NCBI GenBank assembly: GCA_964252035.1
Contig: OZ176200.1
Length of the DNA: 64,000 nucleotides
Source: Podarcis erhardii
Lineage: Eukaryota
Direction: 5' to 3' (one strand)
Positions 11,801-23,800 of this stretch are shown here, piece after piece (positions within the stretch are counted from its first letter, which is position 1; each line of letters starts with the position of its first letter). The notes below the pieces were generated by a model. The model was given only the letters and a program-made list of their open reading frames with translations, ran no database searches and was not told the origin of the DNA. The translations under genes were made by a program, and so were the position numbers.

Positions 11801-14800
11801 CCGTCATTTGCAGTGCAACTTCGCTTTTGAGTCTTTCTTTATTGCGCTGCCTAGTACCGCAGGTGCTGAGGTGGGTCCGGCGAGGGAAGCCCTTGGGAAT
11901 CAGCAGCTGCAGCCTGTTCTCTTCCAGAGTTGAATTACGAGCCCCACCTCGAGACTGGTCGAGGGGAAAGACTTCCCCAGGGTAGAATTTCAGTCCAGTT
12001 GCGGTGAACGGCTGGGCAAGGGTCCCTGGGTCCTTTGCAGAGAGCCTCCCTGTTGTAGAAAGAATGCTTCCTGCGGGGTTTGGCTGCTGTCAAGCACTCC
12101 GCCAGCTGCTTGTCACACTCGCATGCCATCCTGCCGCAGATACTCGTGGACTGGCATTCCGTCTCTGATCCGTTGCACGAGAGTTTGTAACGCTGCCACT
12201 TTACCCTGCGGTGACACTTTAAGGAGACCCTGGCGTGGCGGTAACAGCAGTCATGAATGAAACAGCACTGATCCACTGCATCCACAGGGCTTCCAGAACC
12301 ACCAGTTCCACAGTAGCAGCCATATAGATTGAGTCCTAGCAGTGGGATTTGCAACCGGTGCCGGTAACACCAGAGGGTCAAAATCAGATCCAAGACACTG
12401 CGTTTCTCTCGCTTGCTGCCTTTGCTGTGCCCGCATTCCTGAGAGAACAAAATTGCCAGTGCTAGCCACAGAACAATCCTCATTGCAGAAGCCAATGTTT
12501 AATTTTAGCCAGTTTCAGACTGGCATACCTCACTCAAATGTTTTTGTGAGCCTGGCTGATTTCTGAATCTGGATCAGTTTTCTGCTCTGGTTTTATGTGT
12601 GCCTCGTATTCAAATTTGTCCTCTTCTCATTTTTATTGGTAGCGTTTCGGACACTCCCAGTAGTTCCAGCCTCAAGAACTTCTTTATTTAGTATATTTGG
12701 CTGCATGTTGCTTTTGGCCAGCTGTGGCTTTGTACTTGTATCATCATTGGCTGAAAAGCATAGCTGCCCCAGGTACAACAGCCCTGTCTGTTAAAATATT
12801 TAACAGCCTGCATATCCACCTTCTAATAAAAAATGCAGGAACGGGAAGCACATTAGCATTTCTGAGTTTGGATGCACAAATTCCTATAATATAAGGTTCA
12901 GAATTTAAGGACAAAAGACAATTGTGAGGCTTCCTGTTATTAACCTCACAGTGGTTCTCATATGATTCACTACACAGAGGATATGTGGAGCTATGTAGTG
13001 GGATATCTATCTCAAAAATAAATACCGCCTACCTCTGCCAAGAAAGCACATTGTCTTCTTTGGTAAACTGGACTTGTGAAACACAGTATCCAATTTGTCC
13101 GTAAAACTTTTTGCTAAATTGCAGACCTTGATAATGTGAGTTATAAACTATGGAAAACATGTTGCCTAGTATGATATATTGTGACAAATCAAGTGGCTAT
13201 TCACAGCATAAAAAGCAAAATAGCTCCATGTTCTCAACTAGTTGTTTAACATTTAATCACAGCAAACTTATCTTCAGAGTCACCTAGATCACATCAAGGA
13301 CAAACATTTTAAAATAACTTTACCTGGTTGGAAAAAAATGCAAGGGGGAATCACTTTGGAGCAAAGAAGTGGGGGAATATAGTGTGGTGTCTGTGGAGAT
13401 ATATGTTTGGTCTGTAGCTCCAAATTTTATTTAAAGTATTTATTTCCTGTTCTTTAGCCAAAAAGATTCCCAGAACATCTTACGACAATCACTATATATG
13501 TATAGCACTAAGAGATGGCACCTGGTATGCAGTGACTCTGCCAGACTTTCTGCTGAGCTGCAGACCACCCAGACATTTAATGTGAGCTACGAACTATTAC
13601 CATCTTCTGAATATAGTGGTTTTAGAACTTTAAACTTACAGTTAGTAGCACAGCCATAGAATTCTAAGAACAAAAAAATCGATCATATTTTCTCTTATGG
13701 TTCAGTTTTCAAATGTCCAGTGAGTGGAACAGCCATAGTTGTTCACTGCTAGGGAATGTTGGGGTTATTCCTTCGGGTGCTGTTCACACTGTAGAGGTTG
13801 CTGCAGGCTGTCTCTTTATTTTGAAGGTGGGATATGAACCCCTCCCTCCAACTCTGGGAAGAAATATCTTTGGGCGACAGGTCTATCAGCTGCCTGGTCT
13901 CTTTGCTTATGGTGAGTGCATAATGTATAAGATTTGTGAATGAGCCAGAAAGACTTAAAGCAGGATTGGATTGCTGTAATTGCTGCACTGCACTTGGCGG
14001 TGCCTACGCCTTTGAAGCAGAGCTTCTCATGTGTACAAGAATTAGCTAGAGATCCTGCAACTGTTGGAATAGTGGTAGTTTATATAGGTAAAGTGGTGAG
14101 TCTCAACTCTCAAGAAGCTTCAGTGCTACAGCCATGATCATTGGCTTTTGAATTCATGCAGTGAGACAGAGTTAGAATAACAGGAAAGTACAATGTTTGG
14201 GCACCTGAGCCTCTCTCTTCCTGTAGCCTATTGCCCTTCAAGTATCCTTCATATGATTTAGCCTGTGCATGCATGTGCATGTCCCAGCAATGTCACACTT
14301 CATGCTCCGACTTGTATATTATTGGCTCTGAGCTTGCTTGCTTTCTTGCACACTGTTACTCAAACTTAGGATCATTAACAAGTAACTTGTTACTGCAACC
14401 CAGAGATGGGGGAGCTGTGACCCTCTAGATGTTGTTCAACTTCCTAACCATTTGGCAATATCTGGGAAACCTGTGACTTTCCCTCCTTGCTGTAGAGGAT
14501 GGCAGAGTTTGGGAAGGGCAAGCCGGGTTCTGGTGCATGCTGACATTATTTTAAGTGTAGTCCAATGTTCAGTTAAGCATGCTGAAATAAATAGGACATG
14601 AGCATGCTTTGCTGTGCAGGAGATTATGCCTGCAGCTGTGTATGGTGACCTTTGTACTGAAGTTTCTAACTTGGCATCAGGCCCCGTCTTCTCTAGCATG
14701 GGATAGGCCGAGTTTTAAATAGTTTTGCATCCCTAACTTCTTCTTTTTTAAACACATTTTTGGGTGCTGGAATCTCCTCTAGGCAGGTGTGTGAATGGGG

Positions 14801-17800
14801 TGAGAGTCAGTGTTGAGTATGATCCTTTAATCTGTATTGACTTCTGTTTTCAGCTAAACACATTATGAAGATTGATGGAAGGGCTGGACTCTTCAAAGGT
14901 TTGACTCCTAGACTCTGCTCAGGAGCTATTGGCACTATAGTGCACAGTAAGGTTTTACAGGTACTATATAATTTTATTCTATAGCAACATTAGTATGCTA
15001 AACATTTCACAATCTGATAAAGTCAGCCATGCCCTGCTAAGCCCTGCCAATAAGGTGTTAGTTGCCTTTTTAAGGCAGTGAAAGTCGTTATTTGCAGCTT
15101 CAGGTATTATTCCCACCTTCCCTAGACTCAAGTTGCGTTCTGTAGCTTGTCAGAGATTGGAAGGAATGCTTGCTATGGCAAATATGAGGAGGGTGTTTGT
15201 TGTTGTCTAGGATTAAGCCTTAGTAAACACAGTGGGCTGTTTCCACATGGAATGTATCACTTGAATGAGTTTTATCTGCTCCCCTCCTTCTCTTGTGTGC
15301 TCCCATTCATTAAATTGCATCCTCTTCAGTGTAAGGCCAAATTTCCAGTTGTCTTCAAATAATCAGGGTATGGTATGTACTCAGCATTCACACAGGGGTT
15401 GTAAACTAGCTTAAAGCCTTGGCAGACAAAATTTGTTCTTAGAGCACCAAAGCATAGCTTGGCATTTTATGGCCCAAGCCAACAACAGTTCCAAATATAG
15501 GTATTTGCAAGTTATACTTTTTGGTTGCTGCCAATAATTATTGTGATTGATGCTGAGAGTGAATGGGAAGATACTTGACAGTTTCATGGGGTGGTTTCCA
15601 GCAAAGTATTTTATTAGTGCAAGGGCTTCTGGCTGTGCAGCAGAACTTCCCTTCCATCTCCTCTCCCCATGCATCCTCGAAATGTGTTCTAGGGGTTACC
15701 CCAATCCTCTGAAGCAGATTTTGGGAGGGTGCACGGGTGAGGAGAGTGAGATGAAGTTCTGTTGCACTAACAGAACTACTGTTTTGGATACCACACATGG
15801 TTTTGACCATACAATCAGGTCTCTGAGCATAAAAACTGTTTATTTATAGGATGCACCATTTTGATCTAAATTTAGTTTAGCCTTGTTTTCTGTGGACTGC
15901 CTGGATTGCTACTGTGGCCACTTGGTTGTGCCAACCTGTAAGTAGCAGTTTCAGTTTTTTAAGGCTGTTTCTCTGCTTTTAGTTACACAGAAGAACAAGA
16001 TTGGCAGATGACTCAAATGCACATTGCTTTCAGTAATTAATCTGTGAAGAATCCTATATAACTCATAGATATATAAGTAGTGTTGTTGACTTAGAATACA
16101 TCTTGGAGAAATCACTGAAAATATTGTGGGATAATAGTTGCAGAGTAACATGCAGGTTTTTATAGGTATATGAAAATCCTTCAGAAGTACCGTATTTTTC
16201 CATCTATAAGATGCCCCCATGTATAAGAGGACCCCTATTTTTTCAGCCCCAAATTAAGAAATAAATATTTTAAACTTTCTGTGTATAAGACGACCCCCAA
16301 TTTTAAACTTTAAAAATTTTGGGGAAAATATAGTCTTATACATGGAAAAATATACTATGTATTACTTTTTCCCAAAAACTCAGCTGGCTTGCAATAAGAG
16401 TACAAGAAGTAACATGTACTTTCTTTTCATTGGGAATAATTCAAGTAACAATCTTGAGGACATTTTTGAGACAGACGGCATGGAATATTGAAATATATTT
16501 TAAAAATTAAAAAATTGTCCAGTAGCACCTTAGGGACCAACTAAGTTTGTTCTTAGTATAAGCTTTCATGTGCATGCACACTTCTTGAGATACACTGTAT
16601 CTGAAGTAGTGTGCATGCACACAAAAGCCTATAACAGGAACAAACTTAGTTTGTCTCTAAGGTGCTGCTGGACATTTATTATTATTTTTTTATATATTTT
16701 GACAGCGTCAGACAAACACGGCTACCTACCTGAATCTAGAAGCATGGAATATTCTTATTCTTATTAATTAAATTTATTAGACACCTTTTCTTGCAATCCA
16801 ATCGTGGGAATGGGAAAGTGAATGCAAAGACAATTAGGTATGCTTAAAATGCTGAGAATGAGAAGATAAGCCATGGGCTCATTTTTCTCTGTTTTCCTAC
16901 TTCTAGCACTGCCAGGAAGCTGATCAAGTTGAGGTAAGTAGGTTCTTAGCTTTTATTTGTTTGCATGAGTTGCTTCTCCCTTTCCCACCCAAGTGATTGC
17001 TCCTCTATTTCCCTTCCCTGAGCTCATGGGTATTGGGAGGTGGCTGCTGCCTGTATCAGATGGTATGTAGAGTAGTGCATTCTCTGGGAGTTCTGGGGTT
17101 CTCCAGAATATCTTCCATCCAGAATTAGACAGCACAACAACTGCCTTCTACAGACAGCACTGGAAATGCCGTCACCCCATGACTTCTGATGCTCACTTTT
17201 CTCTCCAGGACCCAGGGATCAGCCCCAAGGAATCCTCGTCCTCCTTAGAGCAAGTTGTTAAGGAGGTAAGAGATGGATTCATTTGTCATGGGCTAAGCTG
17301 GGATGTATTAGGATTTCACATGCACAGGTGCCAGGGTTGAATGGTGACAATCTGTTCACTGACAGAACTGATCAAGCATTGCGTTTTGGTTAAATTAAGA
17401 TGGGCAGCCTCCAGGAATAGGAGCCAAGCTTGGCTCCCCTTCAAAAGAGGCACTGCCACCTACCCACTTCTAAAAGATGCTGGGGGAGCAGCAGGGTGTG
17501 TGAGGTGAATGACTGGGTGGCAAAGACAAGTCAGGCAGTGGGGAACCCTTTAGAGCAGTGGTTCTCAAGCTGTGGGTCCCCAGATGTTGAACTACAACTC
17601 CCATCATCCCTGAGCTCTGGCCTTGCTAGCTAGGGGTGATGGGTGTTGTAGTTCAACAACATCTGGGGACCCACAGGTTGAGAAAGGCTGCTTTAGAGCC
17701 TATGGGGCCCTTGGTTGGTGCCTGGCAATGGTGCAGAAGTGTCCCACATTGCAGCCTGCCAGTTTTGTTCCATATCAGTGAACAGAGGCCAGGAGAACTG

Positions 17801-20800
17801 ACTTTAAGCATGCAATATTGGGTTGTAATTAAGCCAGGGTTCTCCTTGCCCGAAGGAGCAATTTATTCTCTCCTCCCATTGTGCACTGTCCTGGGGGTTC
17901 TCTCAATCCTCCAGAGCAGATTTTAGGAGGATGTGGCAGGAGGAGAGGGAGGGCAAGTCCTGTTACGTGAGTGGAAATCCTTGCATTGGCTTCTATGGGG
18001 GGGGGACTGGGGGGAAAGCACATTGTACCTTGGGCAGGGCTTCTGCTGATGAGTTTGTTAGGTGAATCCCACCCAGTATGACAGGATGTCTACAAGCTGT
18101 TTAAAGGGGAGTGTACATCCAGGCACAGAAGTCCTAAAACTAGAGAGATGAGGCACCTAGAAAGAGCCCTTCCAGTGTGCTATAGTGGGCAATAGGATGC
18201 ACTTGGAAAGTCTGTGCCTAGCGTGATAATAGAGCAAAGCACTGTCTCTAAATGAGCTGAAACCTGTGGCTCGGCTGAAATTGGCTTTGATTGGTAGAGG
18301 AATTATGAACTCAGTTTTAACCTCAAAGTGCAGCTCCTTAACACAAATGCTTCGAGTTGTAACTCACACTAAGTGACAGCCATTAGGTGCTTTAGTGGAA
18401 CCTTGTCAGATGGGGAGCATCCTGTCACCTTAAATCTTGCCATTTCCTTGGCTGGCTTTTTGCTGATGTTTTTGCCATTCCTTTTGGTCATAGACTTCTC
18501 AAGAGATGATTGCACGTTCTGCTGCTACGCTAGTCACCCACCCTTTTCATGGTAAGTAGGGGCCAGTAGCCCTTTGGTCACTGCCAGCACACATTTACCT
18601 CCCTGGCAACAAGAAAGAGGAAAGTCATTCACCAGCCTTTCCTTGTTACATTCAGGTCCCTTCATGGTCATTGTTTTTTGTGCTTTGGGTATCCATCTTG
18701 CACAGTGCTGGCTTTGATCAATTATCTGATATGTAATTATTTCCTGATGACATTTATACTCCGTTTTTCCTAATCAGCTGAAGGTGCCTAACAAAATGAG
18801 TCAAAACACACTGGAAGCCAGTGCAGCTGTTTCAGTAAGGGAGTCACATGGTCCCTGTACGCAGCCCCTGTTAACAGGCTGGCTGCAGCATTCTGCCAAT
18901 TGTAGCTTTCAAAAGCAGCCCAATGCAGAGAGCATTGCAGTAATCCAAATGTGATGTGTACGAGGCAAGTGTTGTCGTGACCAAGAATGGGCATAGTGGG
19001 CACACTGGTGTCAGCTAGGCAAAGGCATTCTGGCCACAGCTGTCACTTGGGCATCCAAGGTCATAGCTCCTTACCATGAGCCTGAATTTTCAAGGGGCAT
19101 TCTATTTCATTTAACTGTGGTTGAACCCCTGTTCCCGAACCAGGGGCATATCTGTCCTGTCTGAGTTAAGCTTCAATTAGGAGAGTGGCGAAGTAGTGTG
19201 TTCCTGTGTTGGCCTGAGTAGGGGAAGGAGAGTGGGGAGGATCCTTGCTGATGTCATTTCCCTTTTCCCTCCGTCCTTGTCCTTCAGTGATCACGTTGAG
19301 GTGTATGGTGCAGTTCATTGGCAGAGAGACCAAGTACAGGTATGTGCATATTTGTGACCAGGCGGCTTCCTTTGGACTTTAACCCACAAGGCCAATGCCT
19401 TTTTTGTAGGAGAAGTTAAAAAGAGGCCAGGGAGCAATTAGTGTGTGAGCACAGAGGTTTCCTGTCATTGTTGAAGTTGAAAACGGGGAGGGGGTCAGGG
19501 AGAGCCACTTGTTTCTTGATTTCTGAGAGTAAATGAATTTCTTTCTTAATTTTCAGTGGGGTATTGAGCTCCTTTGTCACCATTTACCGGGAAGAGGGCA
19601 TCTTGGGATTTTTTGCGTGAGTACTTGCTTGTGTGTGTGTGGGGGGGTGAGCTTCCTTTTGTACCTGCCATGGTTGTTGGTTCATGGGGGACATGGGGAA
19701 CAGGGAGGGACAGAGGGCGAGTCCAATTATGGCCAGAGCTCGTGGGAGGCAGAATGTTTGACTAGTTGAAACTTTGGTCTAATTCAGCCGAGATTTTCTT
19801 AAGCAGATTGTGATCTTTCTTGGGATAATGTGTAACATTGTTCTTTGCACTAAAGTTGATCAGCCTCCCATCATGGAAATACAGCCAGACTTTCTGCCTC
19901 ACACACTGGAGGGAAGTGTGCTTATGTATGTAAGATCAGTGGCGTAGCGTGGGTTGTCAGCACCCGGGGCAAGGCAAGTAATTTGCGCCCCCTAACCCGT
20001 GGATTTGCGCCCCCTAACCCGTGGATTTGCCCTAACCCCAGATGTTGCGCCCGGTGCGGCCGGCCCCCCCTGCACCCCCCACGCTACGCCACTGTGTAAG
20101 ATGTTTTTTCCAGGCAGTATGTGGCCTCACTTATCAGTTTTTTTCCTTTTCCAGGGGCCTTATTCCCCGCCTGCTTGGGGACATCCTGTCCTTGTGGCTC
20201 TGTAACATGCTGGCCTACCTCATCAATACCTATGCACTGGAGAATGGGGTAAGTAGACTACAAGTAGTGTGATGTATGGGGTGTGGACAGTGGAGTGCTG
20301 GGCTCAGGTAGGCAGGTATGAAAGGTTTCCTCCCCTAGCCTTGGTCAGCTTGAAAGGTCCCTATCATGGTCCTGCTGCACATTCTCCTGAGCAATACAGT
20401 GGAACCTCGGGTTACGTTACCCTCAGGTAATGTAAACTTCGGGTTGCAAAAGCAGCAAACCTGGAAGTGTTTCGCTGCGCACACATGTGCAGAAGTGGTC
20501 TCTCCGGTTGCGAAAACTTTGGGATATGGCTGGACCTCCTGAACGGATCCCGTTCACAACCAGAGGTACCACTGTATATACTTTTTGTCCTCAACCTTTG
20601 AATGTGGTTGTATGTTGCTACCTCCATTACATCTAGTAATTTCAGGCAGCTCCTTCAGATTTTGCTCCAATGCAGGGATTATGATGGATTTGGGAGTGAC
20701 TACTCTTAATTGAGGAACAGGGGTCAGTTACTTTATTTCTCTTCTTTCTAGGTCTCCACCATGACTGAGATGAAAAGCTATTCTCAGGCTGTCACTGGAG

Positions 20801-23800
20801 TGAGTGTACAGTTCATTTCTCTTTCCTGTGGGAAGAGGGGGTGGGTTGTGTCCTGAGAATGTGAGCGTAGGCTTGAGCACTTCATCCTGAAGCTGGGGGT
20901 GATGCTGGTGATGTCCTGTGCAAGAAGCCTTGCAAGCTGTACACCTCAGGATCTCTGTTCAATACCTTTGAGATCCGTCTGATCTCTAGTGCTGAGCTCT
21001 TAAGTAGGTGCTGTTGCTTGGCTCAAACTACTGTTCGGTTTAAGCTGAACAATTACCAGCCGTTTCATTTTATCTGCTTTGTGATTGTGGTGAACTCCTG
21101 TCCTGAAACAGAATTGCAACTGCAATAACGCTTCACTGCCCTGTGGAGCTCCTTCTCTCTAGCCTAAGGCATACTCCCTGCAACTACAGGGTGACTGTTC
21201 GATTTGCTGAAGCTCTAAGAAGGTTCTGCCATTAACAGGCCATCAGCTGGGTGGGGCTTGTGAAGGAAAAATGAGGGCTGTTTTCACTGGTGTATTTTGC
21301 TGTATTGTATCTACAGTTCTTTGCCAGTATGCTGACTTACCCCTTTGTACTCGTCTCAAACCTGATGGCCATTAATAGTTGTGGGTGAGTGCAGAGTCTG
21401 ATTTCTCTAACTTGGCTTTTGATTGTGTGTTTTCAAATGTATAATACAAGCAGTTCAGTCTCATTTAGTCTTGGTTTGTCAGGTCCCTTTCCTTCATGAA
21501 GCAATGAGAGTTTTAGCAATGTGCTGCATCTCGCATCTGTTCTCTTCATATTTTCAGCAGCTGCTTTTCAGTGTTTAGGTACCACAACCCACAGAGCTTG
21601 AAAATAAAGCATCTGACATGGAAAGTCTCCTAGAATAGCTCTTAAGGGTTTAATTTAAAAGTTCAGTGGTCAAAGAGCCATCTCCTTCACTGCGCCCTGC
21701 CTATGTTCAAAATAGTTGTGGCTGGAGATGCAGCTAAGGACTTCTAAAAATTTGAACCTGGCTTTCAATCTTGTGGTCATCTGCAACTCCAGTAAATATT
21801 TTTAAATTCATGTGGACACTACAGGTCTATTCAATAGATTTCCAATCTCAAGAGAAAATAAGGGATCTGTCCTGTTTCTGCCTGTTGTTGTCAAGCTTTT
21901 TTTATTATTCATTTTTATCTTACTACAGTACATGGTTTATGGGTGTTGATTTTATTAATGAGTCTGATCACACAGAGGTAGAAAATTGTGATTCTTTCAT
22001 TGTTTGATGGGTTAGACCAAGCTTCCTCAACCTTGGCCCTCCAGATGTTTTTGAGACTACAATTCCCATCATTCCTGACCACTGGTCCTGCTAGCTAGGG
22101 ATCATGGGAGTTGTAGGCCAAAAACATCTGGAGGGCCAAGGTTGAGGAAGCCTGGGTTAGACACTGGGATGTACCTTCTGACCACTAGGAGACAGGATGT
22201 TTAGAACTGTGGAGTCTCTTGAGAAGATACTTAAATTATAGGTCTGGTTCATGCATCACATGAAACCATAGTTAATGTGAATGAGCATGTTATGGGCTTA
22301 TTGCTTGGTTGGGAAAGAAGCAAACCACAAACCCTGTGCTTCAGACACCACAACAAGCCAAGATTTGTGGTTTGTTGCTCCCCATGCAGACAGAAGCTGA
22401 GGAGAAGTGAAGTAAGGACTTCTGAGCCCACTGCGCTTTCACAATAAACCATGGTTAAACTTGCATTAAACCATGCTTTTAAGCATTAACTATGGCTACG
22501 TGCAGGGACGTGGGTGGCACTGTGGTCTAAACCACAGAGCCTAGGGCTTGCCGATCGGAAGGTCGGCAGTTTGAATCCCCGTGCTGGGGTGAGCACCCAT
22601 TGTTCGGTCCCAGCTCCTGCTCACCTAGCAGTTCAAAAGCATGCCAAGTACAAGTAGATAAATAGGTACCGTTCTGGCAGGAAGGTAAATGGCGTTTCTG
22701 TGTGCTGCTCTCGTTCGCCAGAAGTGGCTTAGTCATGCTGGCCACATGACCCGGAAGCTGTTCGGACAAATGCAGGCTCCCTTGGCCTATAGAGCAAGAT
22801 GAGCATGCAACTCCAGAGTCGTTCACGACTGGAACGGTCAGGGGTACCTTTACCTATGGCTACATGCAAGTCAGACCTATCATTATTTCTGTTTACAACA
22901 ACAGGTAGTCATATTCTCAGAGACAACTTGCAAGGAGAGCATGAAAGCAACAACCCTTCCTTGTCATTTGTCTCCAGCATATGATATTAATAGAGTCTGC
23001 CTTTAAACATGGGGATTCTATTAGCCACTGTATCAGTTATGTGAAAAAACATTTCTGTTTGTTAGTTCTGAATGCCCTGCCAGCTTGTTTCACTGTGTTT
23101 ACTCTCTCCCACCACAGTGCAAATCTAAGGGGGGAAATGTTTATATTTTTCTTCACTTATCCCTACATTATTCAAGATTTTATAAACCTCTTGCATTCTC
23201 CTCTGAACTCGTGTGTGGTTTTTTGTGTGTGTTTTTTTTACACTCTCTGGACAAATAATTTTGCTTTGCTTTACACCAGAGCTGACTCATCATGGTAGTA
23301 AAGATGGGCTTTGGTTTTCTGGGTGCCTTGCCTTGTACAGCACAGCAAAAAGCTGGCTGCAAGCCTGAACTGCTGGTGTACAAATGCATTTTTATCTAGA
23401 AGGAACAGACCTTTTACTTCGCTCATTGATTCAGACCTGTGTCACTCTCTTTTTTTTAATATAAAAGCTCAGCCTGAATGTTCTTTGAAGTAATTGCTCT
23501 AGTCTAGAAGTTGCATCTGGGCTACTGTTTCCCAAGTGACTATGAACCAAAAATGGATGTTCTGCACATGGGATATTGTTGGTGAGCCATTTTGGTAAAT
23601 TACCCTGGTCTCTTGCTGTTTTTCAGGCTCGCTGGTGGCCTCCCTCCTTATGCCCCAGCCTACTCGTCCTGGTTACACTGCTGGAGCCAGCTACAGGGGG
23701 AGGTATGTCTGTCTTGTCTGCCCTTTCATTAGAGGACCATAGCATATTGCCCTTGATGTGGGTGGGAGAGGAATAATTGGCAATACAGAGTCCCCCTCTC

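Noticed and set aside
12484-12495. ORF-track start MASA for the PLA2
   Set aside because: The track's first codon is TTG; the first ATG is at 12483 and directly begins the signal peptide.
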